The notes below the pieces were generated by a model. That model did not search any database. It saw nothing but the letters and a program-made list of their open reading frames with translations, and was not told the origin of the DNA. Shown here piece after piece: positions 1 to 9,480 of a stretch of 64,000 nt of DNA (within the stretch, counting starts at the first letter, position 1; the number at the start of each line of letters is the position of its first letter). The stretch lies in the NCBI GenBank assembly GCA_963781005.1, contig CAWADX010000002.1:852703-916702 (forward strand). Reading direction: 5' to 3'. This DNA is from an uncultured Acidobacteriota bacterium (GTDB lineage: Bacteria > Acidobacteriota > Terriglobia > Acidiferrales > UBA7541). Both the position numbers and the translations under genes were made by a program.

Positions 1-1080
1 CGCATCCAGCAGGTAATAGCTCTCATCCTGCGTGTAATGCATACCGAATTTGTCCTGGATGTATTCGGTCAGAGGGTGGACTTGCAGAGAGAGATTGCCG
101 CCTCCCATCGTGTCAAGAAAGTCGAAGCGGATCGGGAACTCGGTGCCGAATCTTCCATGAACCGCTTCTCCGAGTAGCTCGCGTGGGTGGCTGAAAACGA
201 GATTGATCGCAGGAATTTCGACACGTGTCTCGCCAAACCCCAGCAGAAGGCTGTTTTCCTCCGGCACGCAATCGAAGCACCATGCATGATTCGGCGCATC
301 CTTCGGAAGGTCGCAGACTCCTTCCATCCAGTGCCCGCCCCACGGGCCAGGATCAAAATAAGGAACAACACGGAAGGGACGCCGAACCGTCTCCGCGAGG
401 CCTCGCCGTAATGCATCTCCGCCGATGAGCTTGGGAACTTTCCGGTCATTTGTATCCAGGAGAAAGTCCAAATGAGGAAGGAAGGTCTTTTTCGAGCGGT
501 CAGCTACACGCCAATCAACAAAAAAGGCACGCTTGTATTTCAGACCGGGGCGTTCCGCCAAATTCTCTACGGCAAGATTCCCGATCTCTCCGCGGCGCTG
601 GCGAAGCTGAATCTCCCAGCGCGCGAGATCCGCGTAAACCAGCACGTCGTGCTGTGGAACGAGCAGCGCCGCACCGGTTCCGATAACCAGCACGAGGCCT
701 TGCTGCACCTTGCGGATCGCTTCGTGCGCATGTGCTGTCCGGTCCGGATCGAGAAAATCATCGAGCGTCAGCCCATTCATCCGGCCGAAGACCGGGTCAT
801 CTCCTCCCAAATAGGGTGCGAGCATGCTTTCGATTTCGGAGCCTGCCTTGAAACAGGATGACGTTCGAACAATTGCGGCGGGGCTCAAGCTCTGGGCCAG
901 CGCCGCTTCCACCTCATCCACGAAGACGCCGGGGTAGCATTCTACGCAGAGAATACAACGCGGTGAGCGAACAGCAGGACTCAAGCGTCGGCCAATATCC
1001 TGCCAACCGACCTGGCATTCTGATGAGTCGGCTGTCAGCGGAACAAACGGAACCTTGTCGTAATTGGAGCGTCTTGGCAT
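1..1080 (-). CDS. class I mannose-6-phosphate isomerase-like protein (N-terminal 360 aa; 3' end outside window)
   Basis: Not in the ORF track because it runs off the window. My reverse-strand translation from ATG 1080-1078 stays open to position 1 (MPRRSNYDKVPFVPL...FPIRFDFLDTMGGGNLSLQVHPLTEYIQDKFGMHYTQDESYYLLDA). GGNLSLQVHP resembles the metal-binding motif of type I phosphomannose isomerases. The start overlaps the ROK stop (TGATG). Confidence 0.6.
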   Translation of the reverse strand, partial: MPRRSNYDKVPFVPLTADSSECQVGWQDIGRRLSPAVRSPRCILCVECYPGVFVDEVEAALAQSLSPAAIVRTSSCFKAGSEIESMLAPYLGGDDPVFGRMNGLTLDDFLDPDRTAHAHEAIRKVQQGLVLVIGTGAALLVPQHDVLVYADLARWEIQLRQRRGEIGNLAVENLAERPGLKYKRAFFVDWRVADRSKKTFLPHLDFLLDTNDRKVPKLIGGDALRRGLAETVRRPFRVVPYFDPGPWGGHWMEGVCDLPKDAPNHAWCFDCVPEENSLLLGFGETRVEIPAINLVFSHPRELLGEAVHGRFGTEFPIRFDFLDTMGGGNLSLQVHPLTEYIQDKFGMHYTQDESYYLLDA

Positions 1081-2018
1081 CAGACATTTTCGGTCAGAAG
1101 CGGAATCGCTCCCAGAAGTCCAGCGTGATTTCCGAGTTCCGCAGCGCGCACCTGCACCTTGCCCCAGGGGGTCCACGCGTATTTCGCGACGTAGTTTTGC
1201 ACGTAAGGAAGAATCACGGCAGCACTCTTCATCACCCCGCCGCCGATTACAATCACTTCCGGGTCATACATATGAACGAGTCCGACCGCATCCGCGGCCC
1301 ACACGTGCAGGCAACGGTCGCGGATCGCCGTCGCGACGGCGTCCCCCTTTTCCGCATCTTCGAATAGCTCCTTGAATCCCACATCCGGATGCCGCGCGAG
1401 CGCGCTCTGCGCAAAACCCGGCCATTCCTTTGCAATAAGAGGCAGAGCCCAGCCGGAAGCCTCCGCTTCTGCGCAGCCGACGCTCCCGCAAGTGCATTTT
1501 CTCCCGGTGAAGAGGACCGGAATGTGCCCGCCAAGGCAACCGGCCTGCGCATGCTTGCCGCGCAATAGCTTGCCTTCGATCATGGCGGCTCCGCCAATAC
1601 CCGTTCCTAGTGTGATCATCACGACATCCGCAACGCCCCGCGCGGCGCCGGCATATACTTCGCCCAGCAATGCCATGCGCGCATCGTTCTCGATTCGAAG
1701 CGGAAGCCCAAACGAATCCCGGCTCCATGCCGGCAGATCCACTCCGAGCGCATCGTCATATTTTTCGTTGGTAGAGAGGACTTGGCCCGTCTTCGTGTCC
1801 ACGAGACCGGCGAATCCCAGCGCGACTCCAGCGCACTCTCTCGCGGCTACTCCCGCGCTCCCCAGCAAGTTGCGGAACGTGTCCATGAACACCGGCAGCA
1901 AAGGCTGCAGGCCCTTCCCACGGTCGGTCACAAGTGTTTCGGCCGCCAACAATGTTCTCTCATCGACGACGGCACAGGTAGCATGCGTGCCGCCAAGATC
2001 GATCGCCAAAGCCTTCAT
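1080..2018 (-). CDS. ROK family sugar kinase
   Basis: Track ORF 1080..2144 trimmed to the internal ATG at 2018, which is preceded by GGAG. MKALAIDLGGTHATCAVV carries the DxGGT ATP-binding motif. CTCGSVGCAEAEASG is the ROK zinc-binding Cys motif. Confidence 0.8.
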   Translation of the reverse strand: MKALAIDLGGTHATCAVVDERTLLAAETLVTDRGKGLQPLLPVFMDTFRNLLGSAGVAARECAGVALGFAGLVDTKTGQVLSTNEKYDDALGVDLPAWSRDSFGLPLRIENDARMALLGEVYAGAARGVADVVMITLGTGIGGAAMIEGKLLRGKHAQAGCLGGHIPVLFTGRKCTCGSVGCAEAEASGWALPLIAKEWPGFAQSALARHPDVGFKELFEDAEKGDAVATAIRDRCLHVWAADAVGLVHMYDPEVIVIGGGVMKSAAVILPYVQNYVAKYAWTPWGKVQVRAAELGNHAGLLGAIPLLTENV

Positions 2019-2041
2019 GGAGACTCCTTGGCACTCTTCCG

Positions 2042-3061
2042 CTACACCCAGCGGCTTGCCAATGCCAGCACGAACACCGCTGCAACGAGAAACGATACTC
2101 CCCCGAGTTGAATCCGCATGGGTTGCTTTCCCGTGTTCTTCCATTCACCCGTAGCCACCCCCAGCAGACTCGCTGTGATTACGATCAAGGACATGAACAG
2201 AGGCCAGCCAAGAATCGGGCCAAGGTCGCCGAGCTTTCCCGCCGAAACTCCGTAGAGCAACGTGCTGCCAAACCAGAAGATCGCCATCACGAGTGCGAGG
2301 ATCCAGTAGCCGGCTGTGCCGCCGCTCAAAAATCGCGCGCTTGTCCTGTTTTTCGACAGCAGGTAGGCGCAATAGAGAAGGTTCGGTATTCCGCCAGCCA
2401 CCATCAGGGGCAGCCACGCCGCGTTCGGCGCCCACACCGGATCGGCACCATGTTTTTCGGCGCTCACCAAGAGCGGATGACCAAATGTCAGGCCGAAATT
2501 CACAAACGAAGCACCCAGGCCGCACAGAATCGAGAGCACGAGCCCGCGTGTCAATGAAGAGCTTGCACGCCCCACCGCCGCACCAAGCACAGCCTCGCGG
2601 CGGCGGCCCGCCACGGCGCAGATGCTCACGCCCACGATCACAAGCAGCACGCCGGCGATGACGCCTCCGCCTGCAGCCGTGAACAGCTTTTCCGGGTGCA
2701 GGCGGATGAGCGGCAGCAAACTTCCAACGGCCGCAGAAATTCCGAGCACGATGGAAAACGTCAGGGCAATACCGATGGATTCCACAGCGAGGCCGAAAAA
2801 CACCTGCGCGATGCCCCATCCTGCACCAAAGGCGGCGACGGTGAAGATTACCGCTTTGCCTGCATCGTGATACACATCGCCGAGATGCGGAATGGTCCAT
2901 GCCGTAACCACCGGCGGCAGCACAAACAGCGCGTAAATAGTCCACGCGAGCCAGGTGTTTTCCCAGGCCCACCGCCGAGTGAATTTCATCGGCAAAGTGA
3001 AGCTCGCGTTCATGACGCCGGCAACGACTAGAAGCAGGAGTCCTGCTGTTGTATCAGACAT
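2042..3061 (-). CDS. L-rhamnose/H+ symporter (RhaT) family transporter
   Basis: Track ORF 2042..3415 trimmed to ATG 3061 (MSDTTAGLLLLVVAGVMNASF). Polytopic membrane profile. WAWENTWLAW, GWGIAQVFFGLAVESIG and the C-terminal GEWKNTGKQPMR align by eye with E. coli RhaT. Confidence 0.7.
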   Translation of the reverse strand: MSDTTAGLLLLVVAGVMNASFTLPMKFTRRWAWENTWLAWTIYALFVLPPVVTAWTIPHLGDVYHDAGKAVIFTVAAFGAGWGIAQVFFGLAVESIGIALTFSIVLGISAAVGSLLPLIRLHPEKLFTAAGGGVIAGVLLVIVGVSICAVAGRRREAVLGAAVGRASSSLTRGLVLSILCGLGASFVNFGLTFGHPLLVSAEKHGADPVWAPNAAWLPLMVAGGIPNLLYCAYLLSKNRTSARFLSGGTAGYWILALVMAIFWFGSTLLYGVSAGKLGDLGPILGWPLFMSLIVITASLLGVATGEWKNTGKQPMRIQLGGVSFLVAAVFVLALASRWV

Positions 3062-3104
3062 CGGCCATCGCACTCCTCTTCGGCGAGAAGTAATCGCCCG
3101 GCCG

Positions 3105-4235
3105 TCACCAGCCGAATTCGCTAACTCCACTCGCACGCACGCGAACGACGTCACGCCGCCCGGGTCCGTGCAGAACGATTGCTTTCCGCTCGACTCGCAC
3201 ATCGTGAATCGTGTGCCAGCTCTTCGGCACCGAAGCAAGAAATGCCAGATAGGAAGCAGTCCGGACTCCCCCCGCGGGGATCCTGCACCATCCCGGCACA
3301 TCAAACAGGTTGCCCCCGAGAAAGGTATCCTGCTTGCCGATAGGCATTGGCGTCGTGCCGAACTCCATCCCGCGAGCCTGCGTCTCGCCGTTCCACGGCG
3401 CATAGCGGCGTACACAATTCTCTTCCCAAACCGCGACCCACGGAAAATCCTTCCGCAAAAAACAATATCCGGCGACGATCCCCAGCCGCCAATTCAGCGC
3501 TGCCACAAATTCCACTTCCCGCGATGTATCAAGCAAGACCGAAGCGACAAACCCCTTCCCTCGCTGCGAAAAAGGTCTCGAAATATCCGCCGTGCCTCCC
3601 TTCTCGCGCGGGGCATGTGGCCAGCGGAATTCGCGATCTTTGGCAATCAGGCTTTTACCTTCATATCCTAATGGCCATGTTTTTCCGCGTGTGCCAGAAA
3701 GAGCCAGCATGCTTCCCTCCGGCTCTAGGAGCGGGGTTCCGAGAGTAACGTGCTGGACCCAGTGAAAATAATGATCCATTCCGCGCTCGTTTTTGACTGT
3801 CTCGCGGATGCAGATGACACTCTCGTTCCGGGGCAGATGAATCTCGCGCGAAAACGTCAGCCCGGCTGCCGGCAAGCGTACTTGCCACTTCGCGCGTGGC
3901 GCATTGCTTTTCCGCGTGCAGCTCACCAATTGCCATCTCCGCGCGCCGGCCTCACCGTGCAGCGAAAGACCGTGTTGCACTTCGTCTGCGGAAGGGGCGC
4001 CGAAGGTATCCATGCAGACCGCATGCCCCGTAAAGGAAGCGAGAAATTCACCGGCGCCGGGCGCTCCATAGCGCCGTGCCAACCGCCGGGTGCGTGGATT
4101 GGATGGTTCACCTGTCTCCCATGGAGCTTCCCAGAGTGCATTCACCGGCGCACGTTGCGTGCCGGGCAGGAATCGCCAGGATGCAACGTGTCCTCCACCG
4201 CGAAGGATGATCGTTTCGATCGTGCCATTCGACAC
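3105..4235 (-). CDS. galactose mutarotase-like (aldose 1-epimerase fold) protein, tentative
   Basis: 376-aa ORF without a signal peptide. SLHGEAG and ARGMEFGTTP resemble the His/Glu motifs of the aldose-1-epimerase fold. The coding call is solid; the product call is tentative. Confidence 0.5.
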   Translation of the reverse strand: MSNGTIETIILRGGGHVASWRFLPGTQRAPVNALWEAPWETGEPSNPRTRRLARRYGAPGAGEFLASFTGHAVCMDTFGAPSADEVQHGLSLHGEAGARRWQLVSCTRKSNAPRAKWQVRLPAAGLTFSREIHLPRNESVICIRETVKNERGMDHYFHWVQHVTLGTPLLEPEGSMLALSGTRGKTWPLGYEGKSLIAKDREFRWPHAPREKGGTADISRPFSQRGKGFVASVLLDTSREVEFVAALNWRLGIVAGYCFLRKDFPWVAVWEENCVRRYAPWNGETQARGMEFGTTPMPIGKQDTFLGGNLFDVPGWCRIPAGGVRTASYLAFLASVPKSWHTIHDVRVERKAIVLHGPGRRDVVRVRASGVSEFGW

Positions 4236-4309
4236 TCGCGTACCCGATCGGCCCCGCCAGCGAACTGGACGGCATCCCAGGTCGTTGCTCGGAGCTTTCC
4301 TCGTTGGGC

Positions 4310-5068
4310 TCAGAGCGAGAATCCTCCGTCGATCGAAAACGCCATTCCCGTCACAAACGCCGCCTCTTCGGATACAAGATAGAGCGCAGCCTGAGCGATT
4401 TCCTCCGACGTACCCAGCCGCCCCATCGGCTGCCGCGCTTCAAACTGTTTGCGCACGCTCTCCACGTCTCCCAGCGCCTTCAGCCGCTCGTGCAACGAAG
4501 GTGTGTCGATCGTTCCCGGACACAGGCAATTCACGCGAATCTTATCCTTCACGTAGTCGAGCGCCATGCTTCGCGTCAGCGCAAGAACGGCGCCCTTCGA
4601 GGCGGTATACGCGGCGCGATCCGGTACGTTTCGCAGCACCGTGGCGGATGACGTGTTGAGGATCACGCCAGCGCCCTGCTTCTGGAAGACCGGCGCCACT
4701 TGATGACAGAAAAGGAAGATACTCTTCACATTGACCGCCATCGTCCGGTCCCATTCGCTCTCGCTCGTCTGATGAATCTTCCCCTGCGGCACAATCCCGG
4801 CGTTATTGAAGAGAATGTCGATCTGTCCGAAGCGATCGAGTACGCGTGTGACAACGACTTGCACGTCCGAGGACTGCGAGACGTCTGCGACGATCGCCTC
4901 CGCTGTCCCGCTGCCTGCGCGAATCTCCTCCGCCAGGGATTCGATCCCTTCGGGCTTCACGTCAATGGCGGCGATGCGCGCTCCCTCGCGGGCGAAAAGC
5001 AAGCTCGAGGCGCGTCCGATCCCCGCACCGGCTCCCGTGATGATCGCGACTTTGTCCTTTAGGCGCAC
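4310..5068 (-). CDS. short-chain dehydrogenase/reductase (SDR)
   Basis: MRLKDKVAIITGAGAGIGRAS (TGxxxGxG), NNAG and YTASKGAV (YxxxK) motifs. Cluster context suggests a sugar or 2-keto-3-deoxy-sugar-acid dehydrogenase. Confidence 0.85.
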   Translation of the reverse strand: MRLKDKVAIITGAGAGIGRASSLLFAREGARIAAIDVKPEGIESLAEEIRAGSGTAEAIVADVSQSSDVQVVVTRVLDRFGQIDILFNNAGIVPQGKIHQTSESEWDRTMAVNVKSIFLFCHQVAPVFQKQGAGVILNTSSATVLRNVPDRAAYTASKGAVLALTRSMALDYVKDKIRVNCLCPGTIDTPSLHERLKALGDVESVRKQFEARQPMGRLGTSEEIAQAALYLVSEEAAFVTGMAFSIDGGFSL

Positions 5069-5093
5069 GCGCTCCCGATCGTCCGACTCGCTT

Positions 5094-5912
5094 TCACGGC
5101 TTTGTCGCGGCGCCGGTGCCGCCTTCCTGAAATCCCATTCCGCCCGTCGGAATCAGCATCCCTCCGTCAACCAGCAGCGCGGTGCCGGTGATGAAAGAGG
5201 CCCAGTCGCTCGCCAGAAAGGCAATCGCATTGGCCACTTCCTCGGGGCGCCCGATGCGGCCCAGAGGGTGCATCCGATCGCAGGTATCGATCACTTTCTC
5301 GGGGTGCGGATCGAGGCTCGCCGCCCAGCGAAGCATTGGCGTGTCAATCGCGCCGGGACACACGCAATTCACGCGGATATTCTTTCCTGCATAATCGAGC
5401 GCCATAGCTCGCACCAGCCCGAGCAATGCGTGTTTCGCTGTGACGTAGGCCGCGGAGTTCCCGACGGCGGTGAAACTCTGCACCGAAGCGACCACGACGA
5501 TGGCTCCGCCGCCGCGGGCCACCATGCTAGGCAAAGCCGACTTAGACACGTGGAAGCAGCCCTTCAGGTTCACGTTCATGACTTCATCCCACAGCTCTTC
5601 GCTCGTTCCGATCGCGTCTCCGTAGCGCTGGATTCCCGCATTGCTTACGACGACGTCGATGCCGCCCAGTTCCTTCTGGACGGATTCGACCGCCCTTTCC
5701 ACCGGCGCCGCGTCCGCCACATTGCACTCAAGAAATATGGCGCGATGTCCTTTCGTCTGCAACTCACGAGCGGTCCGGTTTCCCGCCTCACGATCGCGGT
5801 CGAGAATTGCAACGCTGGCGCCGAGGTCGGCAAGTCTTTGCGCGGTCGCCTGCCCAATCCCCATGGCGCCGCCGGTCACAAGGGCGATCTTATTGTCGAA
5901 GCGGATGCTCAT
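5094..5912 (-). CDS. short-chain dehydrogenase/reductase (SDR)
   Basis: Track ORF 5094..6302 trimmed to ATG 5912 (MSIRFDNKIALVTGGAMGIGQ). SNAG and YVTAKHAL motifs. ATGA overlap with the stop of the upstream GH38-like gene. Confidence 0.85.
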   Translation of the reverse strand: MSIRFDNKIALVTGGAMGIGQATAQRLADLGASVAILDRDREAGNRTARELQTKGHRAIFLECNVADAAPVERAVESVQKELGGIDVVVSNAGIQRYGDAIGTSEELWDEVMNVNLKGCFHVSKSALPSMVARGGGAIVVVASVQSFTAVGNSAAYVTAKHALLGLVRAMALDYAGKNIRVNCVCPGAIDTPMLRWAASLDPHPEKVIDTCDRMHPLGRIGRPEEVANAIAFLASDWASFITGTALLVDGGMLIPTGGMGFQEGGTGAATKP

Positions 5913-8900
5913 TTGTCGCTCCTTGTTCCTGTAGCTTCCGCTGAAACGGAGGAAAGGACACCTGCGGTGTGCAAGCGGATCGTCAAGATCTCGAAGGGAC
6001 CCAGCGAAAGATCGACGCCAGAATCCTTCAACGGAAGCGAGCTTTGATTTTCCTCGAGTGCCGTGCACTGCCATGCCTGCACGATCTTCCAGAACTTGCC
6101 GGTGAGATTCACGCGCTCCGCCAATCCCGCGATCTCTTCCAGCCGCACGATACTGCCATCGCCGTTTTCCGCGAGTTTCCAGGTCACGACTGCAACGTTC
6201 GGATTGTCCACCTGCATGAGCTGCGACTCCGTCGGCGGCAAAACTCCCGGCGTAAACGCAGCGCCGATCGAATCGGATTCGAGTGGTGTCATCGCCCCCC
6301 AACCCATCCGCGTCAGCTTGGCCGGATCGAGCGAGCTGTCCGTGACTACGTCATAGCGGAACGTGAACTCGCCTCCCTGCTCTGGTGCGAAGTTCGTTCC
6401 CCAATAGTTGTTCATGATCCACGAAAAGATCGTGGAGCCCTTGGGCCGGAACTCGCTTGGCCAGTTGCCCCTCACAATATCGCCGAAATTCACCAGCGGC
6501 GCATCCCGGGGAATGACGGCCGCTGTCGCGCCATCGCCGGTGACTGCTGCCCAGTGATTCACGGTATACCATTCGCGGCTCCCGCCGGCGAGTTCATCCC
6601 GCGCGGGATTTACCCAGCCATTCTGCGTTTCATAATCAAACTGGGGATTCTTGATTGCAAAGGGGAAGGCGATGTACGCCGCTTCCTTACTCAGCACGGA
6701 TTCCTTCCGAATCGTATAGCAGAACGCGATGCGCTTCTCTTTTTCAAGCAGCGTGATTTCCGTCCGGACGAGCGGGGTGTGAGGTGCGGAAGACTCCAAC
6801 ACGATCACCGTGCCGAAAGGAGTCCCGTGGGCGGAGACAAGCCTGCCGTTGCTCGCCGCCACGGCCGTGAGCTCGGGCGGACGCAGGGTAGCTCCATACC
6901 GATACAAGCCGTTGTTCGGCATGTCGTCCGCGCCTTGCACGTACACGTAAGCACCGAAGCGGTAGGGACTCTTCCGATCGACCAGTTCACGGTTGAGCTG
7001 CTTGTCCCAAATGCTTTCCACGCCACCGAAAGCAGGATCGAGCGTAACGCGATAAAACGGACTCTCGAACGCCGCGGCGTCGAGGTGCTTCCCTTCAAGC
7101 TCGGGCTGTTCCTTCAAGGAACGAAGAGCGAACAGCTTGTATCCCATCGGGGGGATATCTTCGGCCAGGAATCGTACCTTGCGATAGCCGCCCCCAAAGC
7201 CCGGCAGCGGCGTGGTCCTTCCGATCGCGAGCGTTTCGGTGACAATTTGCTGATGGGTGCTCGTGTCGAACAGGCCTTGCCCATCGGGAAGATCCATTTC
7301 GACGAACCCGCTCCGCGACCAACTCAACGAATTGAACACCACGAGCGAATTCTCCTTCGGACCCAGGAAGGATTCGAGCTGTGCCCAGCTTCGGTCGAGT
7401 GAGCGTTCGATGGCTTCGCTCGCCGCTGTCGTTTCGCTGCGCTTCAGAGCCAATTGGGTCAGCGTCTGCTGGCTGTCCGGCTGCGTCGTCGCTCCCACAT
7501 ACGTCCAGGTATGCTCGTCAAAGAGGAGAATGTTCCTCCAGGCCGAACGGAGGAGTTGCCGATCCGGCCGGAGGGATCGATCGAGCACGGCAGGGATACT
7601 GCCCAGCTTTTCCGCGGAGAGAATTCGCTGCTGATTCTGCCGATGCAGCGCCGTATGAAGACTGTCGGAGCCGAACCCATCTTCCCAGTAGGGGCCGAAG
7701 TCGCCGCGGAAAACAGGGATGTGCCCTGCGAATGGGCGCTCAATCTCGGCCATTGCGTCGGCAAAGCTGGAAAATTCCAGACGCGGCCAGGCGTAGCGCG
7801 TCTGCCATTGTCGCGGCAGATCCGCTTGCTCCTTGCTGAGCGCGGTATTTTCCAACTGGCTGCCGAAAATGATTGTCGCACTGGCTGCATAATCAGCCCG
7901 CGAATAGGCCTGCAGGTAGACCGGCAGTGCGTCCTGGACGGCATCGAGCCGAGGTGGCGTGCCGAACAGCGTCGCGAGTTGCAGATACGCACGCGAATAC
8001 CACATCAGGACCCGGCCGCCGTCCGGCCCTTCCCAGTAAAACGGCGACTTTTCATTCCAGCGGCCAAGCAGTAGAACAGGCGCGCGCCAGGAGTTGCTTG
8101 CCGCCGCAAAATACTTCACACCCGCATCGTGCAGGATCGAAGCATAGGACCAACTATACGAAGGAACATCGGTGATGTGCGCCGCGCCGATCGGAAGAGA
8201 GTATCTCCGGGCAAGCGAGGCACTCGGGTAAAGAGAACGGATCAGACCTTCGAGCGAGGCCACTCCCGTGTGCTGGTTCGCAAACTGCATGGGCAGGATG
8301 ATTGTTTTGTCGCGGATCGCTTTCAGAAATTGAGCCTGCTTTTGCTGGGAGCGCCCCGCGAGGTATTTCTCGGCAACCCAGGAGCCGTCGAGCGTCCAGC
8401 GAAAGTCAGGGTGGGTCGCGAAAAGATCCATGACGCCATCGACGGTCTCCGCATGCAGTTCGGCGACCTTTTCTGCATAATCTGTGAAACCGACATCGAG
8501 ATGCTCGTGCGGCACGATATAGATGGTCCATTTTTTCTGCGCCGCAAGCTGAAACGCAAAAGCCTCCTTCAGTCCCTTGGCCTTGATCCGCAGAATGGCG
8601 GGCAAGTGTCCTTGCCATTCCGGAACCGCGAATTCGAAGCGGACCTCCCCAAAATCAGCGAACGCCGTAAAGGATTGCGTCAAGGCTCTGCCGGGAAGCC
8701 GCAGGGTGATCTCACCTGCTTTTGGGAGTTTAGCAAAATCTGCGAATCCTTCGACGATCTCCGTGAGCCCTTCCTGCGTAGACCGGAAGAAAATGGTCGG
8801 CGAGACCGTCGCGCGCACGGGCCCAGCGGCATATTGCTCGCTCGGCGCCTGCGTGAACTTCAAGGCGTCGTAGACAATTCCGGTGTGCCCGAGCGCAATC

Positions 8901-9460
8901 GAGCCCAAGGAATTTTCCGCCGCATCCGGAGAATCCAGCGCCGTGAGCGTCAGCCGGTTTTCGCCCTTGCGCAGCCAGACAGCAGGCAATTCGATGACTT
9001 TTGTATCCGCCGAGGTCTGCGGCACAAACGTCCCTTCCCAGTCTCCGGCGCCGTAATCCAGCTTCGGGTGAAAATAAAAATCGCCCGCGTGACCATTGAT
9101 GTCCACCCGCAAATGTGAAAGCCGCGGCGTTTCGTACAAAATCGCGACCGTCAGCCGGTAAACGCCGGCGGGTGTTCCCGCCAGGTCGAACAAAACCGTA
9201 AACGGGTGGACCCGCCCTCCCGCCATGCCGTTTGCGGGGCCCGGCTGAAATCGGAGCCAGTCTTCCGCTTCTCTGCTCTTACCCGGGCGATAGACGGGAT
9301 CGGATTTCGGATCGGAGTAATCAATGCCTTGGCTGCGAAACTCTGCAGACGATCGATCAAACGCGCCGATCTGCCAGATGACCCTTTCCTGCTCCGCAGC
9401 GCGCGTGCCGGAGAAGGGCCAGATCAACAGGCAAAGCAGAAGGGTGGATGCGCGGATCAT
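5909..9460 (-). CDS. secreted glycoside hydrolase family 38-like protein
   Basis: Track ORF 5909..9487. ATG 9460 gives the signal peptide MIRASTLLLCLLIWPFSGTRAAEQ. After a ~320-aa N-terminal domain, IYIVPHEHLDVGFTDY matches the HxHxD metal-binding start of the GH38 N-terminal domain. Confidence 0.65.
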   Translation of the reverse strand: MIRASTLLLCLLIWPFSGTRAAEQERVIWQIGAFDRSSAEFRSQGIDYSDPKSDPVYRPGKSREAEDWLRFQPGPANGMAGGRVHPFTVLFDLAGTPAGVYRLTVAILYETPRLSHLRVDINGHAGDFYFHPKLDYGAGDWEGTFVPQTSADTKVIELPAVWLRKGENRLTLTALDSPDAAENSLGSIALGHTGIVYDALKFTQAPSEQYAAGPVRATVSPTIFFRSTQEGLTEIVEGFADFAKLPKAGEITLRLPGRALTQSFTAFADFGEVRFEFAVPEWQGHLPAILRIKAKGLKEAFAFQLAAQKKWTIYIVPHEHLDVGFTDYAEKVAELHAETVDGVMDLFATHPDFRWTLDGSWVAEKYLAGRSQQKQAQFLKAIRDKTIILPMQFANQHTGVASLEGLIRSLYPSASLARRYSLPIGAAHITDVPSYSWSYASILHDAGVKYFAAASNSWRAPVLLLGRWNEKSPFYWEGPDGGRVLMWYSRAYLQLATLFGTPPRLDAVQDALPVYLQAYSRADYAASATIIFGSQLENTALSKEQADLPRQWQTRYAWPRLEFSSFADAMAEIERPFAGHIPVFRGDFGPYWEDGFGSDSLHTALHRQNQQRILSAEKLGSIPAVLDRSLRPDRQLLRSAWRNILLFDEHTWTYVGATTQPDSQQTLTQLALKRSETTAASEAIERSLDRSWAQLESFLGPKENSLVVFNSLSWSRSGFVEMDLPDGQGLFDTSTHQQIVTETLAIGRTTPLPGFGGGYRKVRFLAEDIPPMGYKLFALRSLKEQPELEGKHLDAAAFESPFYRVTLDPAFGGVESIWDKQLNRELVDRKSPYRFGAYVYVQGADDMPNNGLYRYGATLRPPELTAVAASNGRLVSAHGTPFGTVIVLESSAPHTPLVRTEITLLEKEKRIAFCYTIRKESVLSKEAAYIAFPFAIKNPQFDYETQNGWVNPARDELAGGSREWYTVNHWAAVTGDGATAAVIPRDAPLVNFGDIVRGNWPSEFRPKGSTIFSWIMNNYWGTNFAPEQGGEFTFRYDVVTDSSLDPAKLTRMGWGAMTPLESDSIGAAFTPGVLPPTESQLMQVDNPNVAVVTWKLAENGDGSIVRLEEIAGLAERVNLTGKFWKIVQAWQCTALEENQSSLPLKDSGVDLSLGPFEILTIRLHTAGVLSSVSAEATGTRSDK

Positions 9461-9480
9461 GGTCTCAATTTTTTTCCGGA

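Noticed and set aside
4806-7402. Long plus-strand ORFs 4806..6047 (413 aa) and 5969..7402 (477 aa).
   Set aside because: They lie antisense to well-supported SDR and GH38-like genes. They have Arg/Ala/Pro-rich low-complexity composition typical of spurious frames in high-GC DNA, and no motifs.
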